64,000 nt of DNA from contig CAWHEP010000011.1 of NCBI GenBank assembly GCA_963828525.1, forward strand, positions 96,001 to 160,000, given 5' to 3'. A program made the position numbers and the translations under genes. Positions within the stretch are counted from its first letter, which is position 1. Each line of letters starts with the position of its first letter. Origin of the DNA: an uncultured Verrucomicrobiae bacterium. Lineage in GTDB: Bacteria > Verrucomicrobiota > Verrucomicrobiia > Chthoniobacterales > Chthoniobacteraceae. Of the stretch, positions 31,631 through 42,023 are shown piece by piece. The notes under the pieces were generated by a model, which was given only the letters and a program-made list of their open reading frames with translations, had not been told where the DNA came from and made no database searches.

Positions 31631-32144
31631 AAGCTCACCTCCAGGAGAGCGGGGCTGCTGCCGGAATTATCATACACAGTCCAGGCGTCCGAAACCAGCC
31701 GATATTCACTGATGAAATTGTTCCAGCCGCGATCATATCGACGGATCACGTCAGAGGGACATACGTATGTCCACCCTGTCTCACGCGCGAAGCGACTCTT
31801 CGAATCGCAAGCGATGGCGAACTAAGCTTTAGAAAGATGATCTCGATCCAATAGCCCGAGGCTTTCCACGCGCGAAGTCGCGCCAGGTGCCCTCGCCCAC
31901 TCAGCGTGCTTTCGAAGGCGAAATCTTCCCTTGCCTGAGCAAGCCGATCGATCTCGGCGAGGAAGAGGCGCCCTGCGGTCAATTCCGCCAAATTTGGAAA
32001 GAGCGGTGAAATGCCGGCAGCCATAAGGTCTGCGTTAACGAAGCGCGTGATCCGGGCTACCTTCAGCAGGAACGGGCGAGCGAAAGTGGTCTTTCCCGCC
32101 CGGTTAGGGCCTGCTATCACGACGCAACGGGGCTGGGCAGGCAT
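31627..32144 (-). pseudogene. Zeta-toxin-like P-loop protein, frameshifted near 31755
   Basis: IAGPNRAGKTT, VNAD, FESTLS and RVRQGGH motifs. The C-terminus DVIRRYDRGWNNF..VYDNS continues in another frame to 31627. Confidence 0.75.
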
Positions 32145-32182
32145 CGTGTGAGCAAGGTATGGAAATCCCGATCTGCTTAGAT

Positions 32183-33541
32183 CTATAACTCAGCGGTCGG
32201 CCGCGCGATTTCATCGCGCCCCGAAAGATTGGTGGCCTCGAAGCCGCCCTTTGAGCGATCCCGAAGCCAGATGGCTCCGAAGACGAGAAGCAGGACGGCT
32301 GGCAGGATCGCGACGACCCGGAAGGACATGCGCGACGCGACCATCAATACTGCGTTCAACTGGTCGCCAGAGAGCGCCTTGAAAGCTGCCTCACCGCCCG
32401 CCGCGTCAATCTTCGCGTGGTCGAAGACTTCGCCCATCTTCGGAAGCACGAAATAGATCGAAAGTGTGCCTGCGGTGCCCATAAGGCCCATCAGCAGGGC
32501 ACCCCCTCTTGGGAATCGTTCAGATGCCGCAGCCAGCATCGTCGGCCACATGTAGCAAACGCCCGTTCCCCACACAGTGGCGGCGAGCAGGCCCGTGATA
32601 GGGGAGTTTGCGAAGCTGAGAGCCACCAAGCCGAGGGAGGCAAGGAGGCAGGAAATCCAAAGAAGGCCGACAGGGGAAAATTTGTGGGCCATTGGCCCGG
32701 CAAAATGACGCATCACAAACATGAGACCGCTCACATAGACCAGCAGCCAGATTCCCTGCATCCCCACGGTGCGGGTCAACGCGACGTTTACCCACTGCCC
32801 CGGCGCCAGCTCGGACGCCGCCGTGAGAAACATCGAGAAGAACCAGACCAAAAAGAAAGGGTTCAGCACCTCCTTGAACATATCCGACACGCTCACGCCA
32901 GCCGCGACGCGCTCTGTTGGTGGGAACTTTGTGCCGATGAGCATTAGCCCGAAGATGACCGCTGGCAAAAGAACGACTGCTTGTTTCGCCTGCCAGCCGA
33001 GGGATGTGTGACCGATGGCGAGTCCCAACAGTCCCCCGATGATGAGCCCCGCGGGCCACCAAGCGTGGAGAACATTGAGCCGATGCGTTTTCTCAGCGGG
33101 ATAGAGCGTCGCCGCGAGCGGATTTATCGACGTTTCCACGAGGCCCCATGCGACACCGCTGAGCGCCATACCGAGCCAGATAACCCGGTAGATCGGCATT
33201 GCGGTCGCGAGTTTTTCCGCAAACAGCACCGTCGTAGTACCCACAAGGAAACAGCAGCTCGCGATTCCGAGCACGCGCCCCATGCCAATCGAATCCAGGA
33301 GAGGGCTTCCGATTGCAATCGCCAACGCAAACCCCAGGAAAGCGACGCCGAGCACCGCTCCGATCATGCCAGCGGAGTTCAAGGGGTCAACCCGGTCAAA
33401 AAAAGTGGTTTTTAGATCGTCGGCAATGCTGGCCCGGATGCTGAAAGCGACGCCCGCGGTCACCAGCGCAACCACGCTAAGCGTGAAGAGCTTTTTCCTG
33501 TTGTATTCCGAATGGCGATCCAGGGTTTTAGTCGTTTGCAT
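32183..33541 (-). CDS. MFS transporter (sugar permease-like)
   Basis: About 12 hydrophobic helices; INPL, HAWWPAG and ELAPGQW motifs. Confidence 0.85.
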   Translation of the reverse strand: MQTTKTLDRHSEYNRKKLFTLSVVALVTAGVAFSIRASIADDLKTTFFDRVDPLNSAGMIGAVLGVAFLGFALAIAIGSPLLDSIGMGRVLGIASCCFLVGTTTVLFAEKLATAMPIYRVIWLGMALSGVAWGLVETSINPLAATLYPAEKTHRLNVLHAWWPAGLIIGGLLGLAIGHTSLGWQAKQAVVLLPAVIFGLMLIGTKFPPTERVAAGVSVSDMFKEVLNPFFLVWFFSMFLTAASELAPGQWVNVALTRTVGMQGIWLLVYVSGLMFVMRHFAGPMAHKFSPVGLLWISCLLASLGLVALSFANSPITGLLAATVWGTGVCYMWPTMLAAASERFPRGGALLMGLMGTAGTLSIYFVLPKMGEVFDHAKIDAAGGEAAFKALSGDQLNAVLMVASRMSFRVVAILPAVLLLVFGAIWLRDRSKGGFEATNLSGRDEIARPTAEL

Positions 33542-33669
33542 GTTTCCTGTGGGGGCGGGTGCGGATTGCGCGGTGAGAGGGGGCAGCTAACGCAAGACTG
33601 CCTGCCTCAAGAGGCGCTGTCGACGCCCTTCTCATCCCCCGGGAAAAAGGCGGAAGGAACCGCCCGAGC

Positions 33670-34518
33670 TTATTTGGAAGCGCCAGTCTTCGATGAGGCC
33701 AGGGACATCCCTGGGAGATCCGCAAGAAGAATGCTTAATCGAAAGGGGCTAGCGGGCTTGGTCGATGCCAGCTTGTGAGAGTCGCTTTGAGGAGCGGCCT
33801 TTGAAACATTCGCAACCTTAGGAACATCCGCGAGTTTTGCAGACGGCGGATTTGTCGGAGTGGCTGCCAGTTTTGCGGCGGGCGCTGCTGGCGGGGCCTT
33901 GGCGAGCAACACCTGCTTTGGCGCCTCGTACCTGTGTAACTTCGGCAGATGTTCAGCAATGATCGTCACATCCGCTCCCACCGGGACATCATTGAAGAGT
34001 TCGATCACGTCCTTGGAGCGCATCCGGATGCAACCCCAGCTAACCGGTTCGCCAATATTCTTCTCCTCGGGCGTGCCGTGGATATAAATGCCGCGTTCCC
34101 GGGCGCGGCGATTTTGGGCTTCGAGACCATCCAGCCAAAGGATGCGAGTCACGATCGGATCGCGTCCCGGCGCGTTTACGCGCAGCACCTCGCCGGTGGC
34201 CGAACGGTGCCTGATCACCGCGCCCGGGCTAAGGTTATCCCCGATCTTGTCCGCGATGCGCAGCTTCCCCAAGGGCGTGCGATAGCTTCCATAGGAATCG
34301 CCCGCTCCGAATTTTGAAGTGGAGACGGGATATTGATGGACAAGACCGCCTTCGCATACCAGCGCGAGCCGCTGATCCGCGATGCTGATGACAAGCTGGG
34401 GCCGGGGTTGCTCGGCTGAGATGGGTTGGAGCTTGAGCGCGTCTGCTGCGCAAGCGACGCTCGCCATGCACCCAAACAACACAATTCCCTCGATTAGCCG
34501 GTCTAGTATCTGCCGCAC
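33670..34518 (-). CDS. L,D-transpeptidase (YkuD) with low-complexity Ala/Pro/Lys tail
   Basis: YPVSTS, RTPLG and IYIHG..SWGCIRM catalytic motifs; signal peptide. Confidence 0.9.
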   Translation of the reverse strand: MRQILDRLIEGIVLFGCMASVACAADALKLQPISAEQPRPQLVISIADQRLALVCEGGLVHQYPVSTSKFGAGDSYGSYRTPLGKLRIADKIGDNLSPGAVIRHRSATGEVLRVNAPGRDPIVTRILWLDGLEAQNRRARERGIYIHGTPEEKNIGEPVSWGCIRMRSKDVIELFNDVPVGADVTIIAEHLPKLHRYEAPKQVLLAKAPPAAPAAKLAATPTNPPSAKLADVPKVANVSKAAPQSDSHKLASTKPASPFRLSILLADLPGMSLASSKTGASK

Positions 34519-34658
34519 GGGTAGCCGGAATAACCGATGTGAATAACTTGTTCAACAAAAATTTACGTTTTTTACCGGGACCCTAAAATCTGCGATTCGG
34601 GGCGCGCGTCCGGATGAAAATACTTCGCGATTCCAGCGGCGCTGGTTTAACAACATGA

Positions 34659-35120
34659 ATGCCGCGCCAGAAGAAGACCAACTACAGCGCTCTCAGACTC
34701 CTCGGAAAGAACTCCGCCGGTTATCCTTCAGCCCCTTCGGCGGCTACTCTCGACACGTTCGAAAATCGCTTTCAATCGCGGGAATACTGGGTTCGGTTCT
34801 GCTGTCCGGAGTTCACTTCTGTTTGCCCCGTGACGGGGCAGCCTGATTTCGCGCGCATCACGATCGACTACGCGCCCGCGGATCTCTGCATCGAGACGAA
34901 ATCGCTGAAATTCTATCTTGCCTCCTTTCGGAACACGCGGAGTTTCAATGAAGAGATCGTGAATCGCATTTTGGATGATCTTGTTGTTTCCTGCAAACCT
35001 CGGCGCCTTCTCGTGAGGGGGGCATTTGTCCCCCGCGGCGGAATCGCGCTTAGTGTGGAAGCGGCCTTTCCCTCGGACGAGGCCATCCCCGGTCACCGCT
35101 GGCTCCAACCTCCGGCGTGA
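34659..35120 (+). CDS. queF: NADPH-dependent preQ0 reductase
   Basis: PEFTSVCPVTGQPDFA, IETKSLKFY and PRGGI motifs. Confidence 0.95.
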   Translation: MPRQKKTNYSALRLLGKNSAGYPSAPSAATLDTFENRFQSREYWVRFCCPEFTSVCPVTGQPDFARITIDYAPADLCIETKSLKFYLASFRNTRSFNEEIVNRILDDLVVSCKPRRLLVRGAFVPRGGIALSVEAAFPSDEAIPGHRWLQPPA

Positions 35121-35834
35121 CCGTGAGCTGCGGAGTCGATCGGGCGGTTGTGCTGCTTAGCGGTGGGATGGATTCCGTTACAGCTCTCTACGAGGCTGCC
35201 CGCATGCTGGACGTGGCAGCGGCGCTCAGTTTTGATTATGGATCGAAGCACAATGATCGAGAACTTCCCTTTGCCAAATGGCATGCGGAACAGCTCCGAA
35301 TTCCGCATCGAACGATCCCGCTGGATTTTGTGGGGAAGTTCTTCAAATCCGACCTGCTCAAAGGCGGAGGTGATCTGCCAAAAGGTCATTATGAAGAGCT
35401 TTCGATGCGAAAAACGGTCGTTCCTTTTCGAAACGGCATCATGCTCTCTGTCGCGGCGGGCTTTGCGGAAAGCGTGGACGCGAAAGTGCTCATCATTGCT
35501 GCCCATTCGGGAGACCACGCCATCTACCCGGATTGCCGCCCCGAATTTTTGGACGCCATGGGCAAAGCGGTAATGCTCGGGACCTATGCGGGAATCACAA
35601 TTTTCGTCTCCCTTCGCGGAAATGACAAAGTCGGAGATCGCCCGCCGGGGCGCCGCTCTCGGAGTGGATTTTGCCAGGACTTGGTCGTGCTATGTGGGCG
35701 AAGAGGTTCACTGCGGGGAGTGCGGCACGTGTGTGGAGCGGCGGGAGGCGTTTCTGCTCTCCGGGGTGCCTGATCCCACCTGCTATCGCAGCCTGGCGCC
35801 ATTGCCTGCCAAGCCAGCCAGCGAATCGGCGTAG
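35117..35834 (+). CDS. queC: 7-cyano-7-deazaguanine synthase; frameshift near 35605
   Basis: SGGMDS, VPFRN and YPDCR motifs; [13 protein letters not shown] in the second frame. Confidence 0.93.
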
Positions 35835-35836
35835 CG

Positions 35837-36526
35837 ATGTTCGTATCAGAGATTTTTCACTCCATCCAAGGCGAGGGGGAGTTGACCGGCGTCCCTTCGG
35901 TCTTCGTGCGAACATCCGGATGTAATCTCCGCTGTGAGTGGTGTGATACCAAGTACGCTTCGTGGCAGCCGGAAGGCGAGGAGATGTCGGTGGATGATAT
36001 CCTGCGGAGGGTGACTGGGTTCCCCAGTCAGCATTGCGTCCTCACGGGTGGTGAACCGATGGTTGCCAGAGGCATGCATGAACTTGCTGGCCGTCTGAAG
36101 TCCACCGGCAGGCACATTACCATCGAGACAGCGGGGACAATCCCGCCCGAAGGGATCGCCTGTGATCTCGCATCCCTAAGCCCAAAGCTCGCCAATTCCG
36201 ATCCAGTTTCTTTGGGCGGAGCCTGGATCGACCGCCATGAGCATACCCGGCTTCAGCCCGAGATTATAGCCCAATGGGTCGACGCCTACCCGTTTCAAAT
36301 TAAGTTCGTCGTTTCATCCGCGAATGACATGGAGGAGATTGACACGCTGCTCGCGTCGGTAAACAGAACGTTCCCGCCTTCCAAGGTTCTTCTGATGCCG
36401 CAAGGTATCAACGAAGGCGAACTTAGGGCGCGCGCGGCCTTCCTGATGGATATTTGCAAGGAACGCGGTTTTAGATACTGCGACCGTCTTCACGTCCATC
36501 TGTTCGGCAACAAACGGGGGACTTAG
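35837..36526 (+). CDS. queE: 7-carboxy-7-deazaguanine synthase (radical SAM)
   Basis: SIQGEG, CNLRCEWCDT, TGGEP and SPKL motifs. Confidence 0.95.
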   Translation: MFVSEIFHSIQGEGELTGVPSVFVRTSGCNLRCEWCDTKYASWQPEGEEMSVDDILRRVTGFPSQHCVLTGGEPMVARGMHELAGRLKSTGRHITIETAGTIPPEGIACDLASLSPKLANSDPVSLGGAWIDRHEHTRLQPEIIAQWVDAYPFQIKFVVSSANDMEEIDTLLASVNRTFPPSKVLLMPQGINEGELRARAAFLMDICKERGFRYCDRLHVHLFGNKRGT

Positions 36527-36530
36527 AACA

Positions 36531-36986
36531 ATGCCATACCGTATTTGCAAAACATTCGAGATCGAAAACGGGCACATGCTGTCCAAGCATCCCGACAAGT
36601 GCCGGTTCCCGCACGGGCACACGCGGAAAGTCGAATTCATCCTGGAATGCGCTGACCTGGATGAGAATGAAATGGTGTGTGATTTCAAGGTCATCCGTGA
36701 GGCTGCGGAGAGCATCCTCGATGCGTACGATCACGCAATGTGTCTGAACACGGCGGATCCCGACTTTGAGAGGTTCAAAGCCAGCTACGGGGACCGTGTC
36801 ATCGGGTTTCTGAAGCAAGATCCGACGACGGAAGTCATTGCCAAAACCATCCATGACCATTTCAAAAATGCTCTCGCGGAATATTCCAAGCGTCCTACTA
36901 ACCGATACCCACTCCGCGACCGCGCCCGCATCGTCAGAGTCCGTGTTTGGGAGACGAGCTCATCGTGGGCGGAATACTCAGAGTAG
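36531..36986 (+). CDS. queD: 6-carboxytetrahydropterin synthase
   Basis: GHML..C..HGH, DF, YDH, PTTE and WET motifs; located in the que operon. Confidence 0.9.
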   Translation: MPYRICKTFEIENGHMLSKHPDKCRFPHGHTRKVEFILECADLDENEMVCDFKVIREAAESILDAYDHAMCLNTADPDFERFKASYGDRVIGFLKQDPTTEVIAKTIHDHFKNALAEYSKRPTNRYPLRDRARIVRVRVWETSSSWAEYSE

Positions 36987-39413
36987 TTGCCTTACTTCCC
37001 ATTGGCGATCGTCGCGCCTCATCCTGTGCGCCGGAAGCAGCGGAGGCAGTTCGATAGTCCCCGCAGCGGCGGCTACGTGCAAGGCGGCTGCGGCTTTGAG
37101 AGCGTTCCAGCGATCCCAATCGTACGCGGGCGCCCAAAGTATGTGGCGCAACAAACTCCGCCACTCCAGAATTGCCCGCTCAATGTCCCCGGGGCGCAAA
37201 GACTCCGTGACCATCTTCTGCCGGGACGCGTGTCGCTCCACGATGTCTCGCACTACTTCGGAAGCGCCTGCTCCGTAATCAATGGGCACCCCCATGTCCA
37301 GATAGCCAGGGTAGTCGGCCCGCCCATAGGTTCGCTGGCAGAGCACTCCCAGTTTGCCACCGTAAGGAGAATCCTCTTCCGAAAAGCGGGGGCCCGCCCG
37401 CAGATTTGCCAAGTCAAAAACGAGGCTTTCTATTTCATAGTGCGGATCCTCAAGCGCTGCCGCCACAGCCAGCCCCTCTCCATGGTTGAAGAATCCAAAA
37501 ATGATCCCACGGCGTGTCGGAATCCCGTCTCGATCCGTGAGGCCCAGGCTCCGCCATGCGTAGGCGGGCGAGGAAACAATCTCGACAGACTCGCAGTATT
37601 CGCGCTCAGGGCAACCCCGGCATGGGAAAGGGACTGTATCCCGCGCGGGAGGATCCAGTAGCAGCTTTCCGAGAGAGTCTCGACGCGCGGGACGCTCGAC
37701 TCGGGAATAATCCAGTCGCGCCACGACCGTGGCCCCTCGCGCAACCAAATCGAAAAGCATCCCGCCCCCAGTCGCTTCCGGGAGAACAGGAGGCAGAAGA
37801 GTCGCGAGTGTGGCAAAGTCAGCAGTCGTCCGGCGAATGAGCTTGCGGGCCCACTTTGTCAAAGTCCATGGCTCTGGGGCGAGCTCGTGTCCGGGTTCGG
37901 GCGCTGTTGAGGTCGCGACGACAATCTCGCGCCCATAGGTCTTGGAAGCGCCGCTTTCCAGCTTGCACAGATTGCCGATTCCGATGCCGTGAAGGGTGAG
38001 GGGAAGTTGCAAGGCTCTGCGCCAATGCCCGCCTTCATACATGAGCAAGCTGCCGAGGCCAGCAGGCACAGTCGCTTCGTTTGCTGATTCCCAGACGCCC
38101 GCGGAGTTTAGAATCTCGCGCTGTGGCCGCCGGGTAAATCTCGCTCGCTCCATATCCACGGAGAGACCGCAGGGCATGGGGCCAGTTTCGAGCGAATGCT
38201 CGATGCCGAGAGCCGCCGGCGCCTGGCCGAAGAGCCGTGTCGCAACATCCAGAGCGGCCAGCAAGGGCTTTTCATCCCGTTCCACAGCGGTTTGCATCAC
38301 TGTCAGCAGGGAAGGCCAGTCAACCCTGTTCTCGCGTTTCAGATGCCGCGCGCGCGCGTTCTGCAGTCTGGGACGCCCTGGGGCAATGAGGGCGTAGCCT
38401 CGCTCATCCAAACCGCGCCTCCCCGCCCGGCCGAACATCTGCAGGAGTTCATCCGGCTGGATTTCACGCTCAAAATGACCGGCCATATACCGCGTGTCTG
38501 TGATAAGAACCGACCGCATTGAGAAATTGATGCCGGCCGCCAATCCCATCGTGGCCACCACGGCGCGCAGGTGCCCGTTTTTGGCCAGCGGTTCGATCAA
38601 ACCGGCGCGCGCCGCGTAGCTGAGACCGCTATGGTGGTATGCCACCCTGCTCTTGAGCAGCTTCGCAAGGCGTGGCCCCGCCAGCATTTCCTGCTCCCGT
38701 GAGAGACCGAGAGGCTCATCGGGTGGCAGCCAGGAGGCCAGGGCCTGCGCCACCTGTTCACTGGCATTCCTGCGGGGAGCGAAGATGAGCACGGGACCGA
38801 GTCCGGCCTGCAATGCTCGCCCAACGAGGTCGGGCCAGCCGTCCGCGCGTGATCTGGCGGGCTTGGGCAGAGAGAGCGCATCAACTTCCTCCAAAGGCAC
38901 CGGACGCTCCAGATGAGAAACCAGCAAGGCGTCGCGGCCGATTCTGCGCAGCCATGACACAATGTCGCCGGGGTTGCCGACGCTGCCGCTGAGCAGGAGC
39001 AACTGTGTCTCCGGTGGCGCGAGCGCGATTGCCGTCTCGTAATGCACCCCTCGGGAAGAGTGGGCCATCATTTGGTATTCGTCGATTACCAGCAGCCGGG
39101 GCCCAGTCCTCCTTAAGAATTTGCCCTTCTGCGTCTCCAGGGTCGCGACGAGCACTTTCGCTTCCGTGTTCCACGCGACATCCCCGGTGGCGATCCCCAC
39201 ATCCCAGCCCCGCGCCTGCCATTCCGCGAGCTTGTCATTCGCAAGGGCCCGTGTGGGCACGGTATAAATCGCCTGCCCCTTTAACGCGGGATAAAGCAGC
39301 TCAAAGACATATGTTTTTCCCGCTCCGGTGGGGGCATGAATTACGACATCCCGTCTGGCTTGAAGCGCGCGAACAGCCTCCTGCTGCCACAGATCGGGGA
39401 TGATCAGGTGCAT
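36978..39413 (-). CDS. Ski2/HelY-like SF2 helicase
   Basis: APTGAGKT, PTRALANDK, DEYQ, LLSGS, YHHSGL, GINFS and QMFGRAGRRG motifs. Confidence 0.85.
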   Translation of the reverse strand: MHLIIPDLWQQEAVRALQARRDVVIHAPTGAGKTYVFELLYPALKGQAIYTVPTRALANDKLAEWQARGWDVGIATGDVAWNTEAKVLVATLETQKGKFLRRTGPRLLVIDEYQMMAHSSRGVHYETAIALAPPETQLLLLSGSVGNPGDIVSWLRRIGRDALLVSHLERPVPLEEVDALSLPKPARSRADGWPDLVGRALQAGLGPVLIFAPRRNASEQVAQALASWLPPDEPLGLSREQEMLAGPRLAKLLKSRVAYHHSGLSYAARAGLIEPLAKNGHLRAVVATMGLAAGINFSMRSVLITDTRYMAGHFEREIQPDELLQMFGRAGRRGLDERGYALIAPGRPRLQNARARHLKRENRVDWPSLLTVMQTAVERDEKPLLAALDVATRLFGQAPAALGIEHSLETGPMPCGLSVDMERARFTRRPQREILNSAGVWESANEATVPAGLGSLLMYEGGHWRRALQLPLTLHGIGIGNLCKLESGASKTYGREIVVATSTAPEPGHELAPEPWTLTKWARKLIRRTTADFATLATLLPPVLPEATGGGMLFDLVARGATVVARLDYSRVERPARRDSLGKLLLDPPARDTVPFPCRGCPEREYCESVEIVSSPAYAWRSLGLTDRDGIPTRRGIIFGFFNHGEGLAVAAALEDPHYEIESLVFDLANLRAGPRFSEEDSPYGGKLGVLCQRTYGRADYPGYLDMGVPIDYGAGASEVVRDIVERHASRQKMVTESLRPGDIERAILEWRSLLRHILWAPAYDWDRWNALKAAAALHVAAAAGTIELPPLLPAHRMRRDDRQWEVRQLL

Positions 39414-39523
39414 GGTGGAAGCTCGACGTGGGCAGGACAGTTGTCGAGCGGGCGAGGCATTCGTCTCACGCCTGCCGGTTGTCAGAGCCCGGTTGGCAGC
39501 TCCCACCGCCAGGCTATCCTCAG

Positions 39524-40450
39524 CTACTTTGTCTTGCTCGAAGCTGTTGGCTCCTGCGGCGTTGCGGAGGGCGTGGCCGCGAGCATCTGCGCGAGGAGAT
39601 CGCTCTTTTCGGGTATCAGTATCAAGCGCGCCTCGCCTTCGAGCATCTTCTGCGTTTCCAGGATCTGGAAGATCCCTTCCTTGATCTCGGGCTCCTTCGC
39701 GATTTCATGAAGCGCCTCGCCAACGATATACGGACGCATCGCGGCGGCCCGGGCAAACTCCACCGCGGCGCCGCGCTCGGCGGTGCTGGTGATGATGCTT
39801 ACCTGGTTTGCTCCGTCTTGTTTGATGGCGGAGGTGACTTGCCGTAGCCGATTCACGACCTTTGCCTCAATCTGCTGGATCATCCCGAGATCCCGGAAAT
39901 GCACCTTCCGAATGTAAACCGAGCCGAGACTGTAACCCCATTCGCGCGATTTTTCCGAGACTTCGGTTCTCACGGCGCCGCTCATCTCGTGTCTTGTTTC
40001 CAGCATGCCCGCCAGGGGCATGTTGCTGAGGCAGCGCACTGTGGCGTTGCTGACGTTCGCCTGGAGCGAACCCCGAGGATCGGCGTTCCTGAAGAGATAG
40101 GCGACAGGGTCGCTGATGAACATCTCATACCAGATGCCGATGCCCATGGGCGCTCCTTCCTCGGAGTTTACCGGCTGGCTTCGCAGGTACTGCTGATCCA
40201 GCCTCATATCGAGCACATAGCAGCGCCCCAGCCAGTTCACGAGGAACGCCCTTACACCCAGTGAAAAAAGCAGTATGTGCAGCCCAGGTTCACTGATCGT
40301 CCCTATGACGCTTCCGAAGAGCACATAGACGCGGCAGGTGCGCTCTTCGACGATCACGTACAGCCCAAGAGTACGAACGAGGAGCAGGAATAACGGGACC
40401 AGAATGAAGGAGCCCGCGAAAACGCTGAGAAACGCGATGAGGAATTCCAT
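39524..40450 (-). CDS. SPFH/Band-7 domain protein
   Basis: N-terminal TM, EPGLH, band-7 core ending WGYSLGSVYIR, coiled coil. Confidence 0.85.
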   Translation of the reverse strand: MEFLIAFLSVFAGSFILVPLFLLLVRTLGLYVIVEERTCRVYVLFGSVIGTISEPGLHILLFSLGVRAFLVNWLGRCYVLDMRLDQQYLRSQPVNSEEGAPMGIGIWYEMFISDPVAYLFRNADPRGSLQANVSNATVRCLSNMPLAGMLETRHEMSGAVRTEVSEKSREWGYSLGSVYIRKVHFRDLGMIQQIEAKVVNRLRQVTSAIKQDGANQVSIITSTAERGAAVEFARAAAMRPYIVGEALHEIAKEPEIKEGIFQILETQKMLEGEARLILIPEKSDLLAQMLAATPSATPQEPTASSKTK

Positions 40451-41452
40451 CTACTTTTTAACCTCCATTATGAGGCGGCGCGCTTTTCCGAAAAGCGCGA
40501 GGCGCACGTTTCGCAAATAGGCGGGCAGCGCTTCGGGCCCGCTCTTGACCAACTCCCGCAACTGCGAAGCGAGCGCGTTTAGAGGCTCGACCTCCGCCTG
40601 TGCCTTCAAGGTTTCAATTTCAACCGCCCGCTTCGATTGCACAATCTTCTGATCCGCGGAAGCGTGCGCCAGGCTGATATCCGAAGAGACTTGGTTATGC
40701 GCGGTGTTGATCGCCGCAAGCGCCGACTCGACATCGGGTGGCGGATCGATTCCGGTGATGAGCGAGGCGTCCAGGGCGATTCCATAACGCGCCCCCGAGG
40801 AACTGCATTCCTGATCCATATGCTCGTTCAGATTGCGCAGGTTCTTCCGGAGGTCGTTGATAGAAACGTCGATTACGGCGCTCAACAGCAACCCCCCTTC
40901 TTCCCCACGGGGTTCAGGGGGCAGCAGGGAGGGAGGCGCTGAAAAGTTCGCGATTCTCTCCCGCAATACCGACACAAAATAACCCATAATATGCGCGAGC
41001 GGATTTTTGATGCCGAAAAGATAGGCGTATAGGTTCCGCTCCGATGCCCGGAACCGGATTTGCCCAGTCAGTCCCGTGTTCAGTTGATCCTTTGTCACGG
41101 CGTCCAGAATCTGGCCCTTGCTATTCGCGTCAGGATCCTCTGGATCGAACGCCATATTCACCGTCATCGTTGCGACGGAGACCTTGTAGACAGTCTCCCA
41201 TGGGAACTTGAAGTATGGCCCGCCGGGTTGGATCACGCGCAGTTGAGGGTACACGTAGCGTTCCCTTTCGTCTTCAGCGAGTGACTCGGAAATGGGATCA
41301 TCGAGAGTTGTCAGCTTTCCGAGGCGTTGCGCGCGTCCAAAGCTGGTCTTCACCGCTCGCTCATTCTGGTTTACAGTAAAGAGCCCCGACAATAGGTAGC
41401 GAACGAAGAACCACGCGATGAAGCCAAGGAAACACCCGAGAAGAATGGACAT
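40451..41452 (-). CDS. SPFH/Band-7 domain protein
   Basis: TM, FTVNQNERAV, GPYFKFPW, AVTKDQ and ITGIDPP motifs, coiled coil. Confidence 0.85.
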   Translation of the reverse strand: MSILLGCFLGFIAWFFVRYLLSGLFTVNQNERAVKTSFGRAQRLGKLTTLDDPISESLAEDERERYVYPQLRVIQPGGPYFKFPWETVYKVSVATMTVNMAFDPEDPDANSKGQILDAVTKDQLNTGLTGQIRFRASERNLYAYLFGIKNPLAHIMGYFVSVLRERIANFSAPPSLLPPEPRGEEGGLLLSAVIDVSINDLRKNLRNLNEHMDQECSSSGARYGIALDASLITGIDPPPDVESALAAINTAHNQVSSDISLAHASADQKIVQSKRAVEIETLKAQAEVEPLNALASQLRELVKSGPEALPAYLRNVRLALFGKARRLIMEVKK

Positions 41453-41512
41453 AGGAGATTTGCTGCCAACGCTTTAGATGCTCGCGTCCGCGAACTTGAT
41501 CTATTAGACGCG

Positions 41513-42013
41513 ATGATCCAGGACAAGCCAAATCGACAGGGCGGGGGATTGCATTCTGTCGCCTTCGAGCGCGCAGAAAAACCCCTGTCGAGAGGTCGTC
41601 GCTTTTGGTTGACGGTCATTCTGCTGCCCGCTGTTCTCCCGCCGCTGGGATTTATCGCTTGGTTTGCGTATAACTCCGCTCACCTCGCGGATCGCTACAC
41701 GGAAGGGAAGGGATTCATCGCGGATGTCCATGTGATCGAAGACGCCTTTCGCGCTCACGTCGCCGGGAGACAGAACTACCCGGCCTTCACCATGGATGAC
41801 CTCTCTAGCGAAGGCGCGACGAGCAAAGCAGCTGTCGAGGCGATCCGCTCCCATCATGGACATCTCGATCCGTTTTCCTCCTCAACCCCGGATACGACGG
41901 TCGTGCTGACGCTCCGAGAAAATTGGCTCTCAACCTGGGATTTCACCAAGGCTGACCTTGTGAAAACGCCCAAGGCGGCTGTGCCCAGCCCTACTTCGGC
42001 TTTCGGCTTCTGA
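41513..42013 (+). CDS. Hypothetical single-TM protein
   Basis: Fills the gap between two minus-strand genes; one hydrophobic helix. Confidence 0.55.
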   Translation: MIQDKPNRQGGGLHSVAFERAEKPLSRGRRFWLTVILLPAVLPPLGFIAWFAYNSAHLADRYTEGKGFIADVHVIEDAFRAHVAGRQNYPAFTMDDLSSEGATSKAAVEAIRSHHGHLDPFSSSTPDTTVVLTLRENWLSTWDFTKADLVKTPKAAVPSPTSAFGF

Positions 42014-42023
42014 CAATCGCGAG

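Noticed and set aside
34519..34658. preQ1 riboswitch before queF
   Set aside because: No short stem with a following A-rich tail matching preQ1 classes is visible.
34659..39413. 7-deazaguanine DNA-modification (dpd) defence island: que genes next to a helicase
   Set aside because: No dpdA/tgt-like or dpdB/C genes are present, queF points to tRNA queuosine synthesis, and the helicase is convergent.
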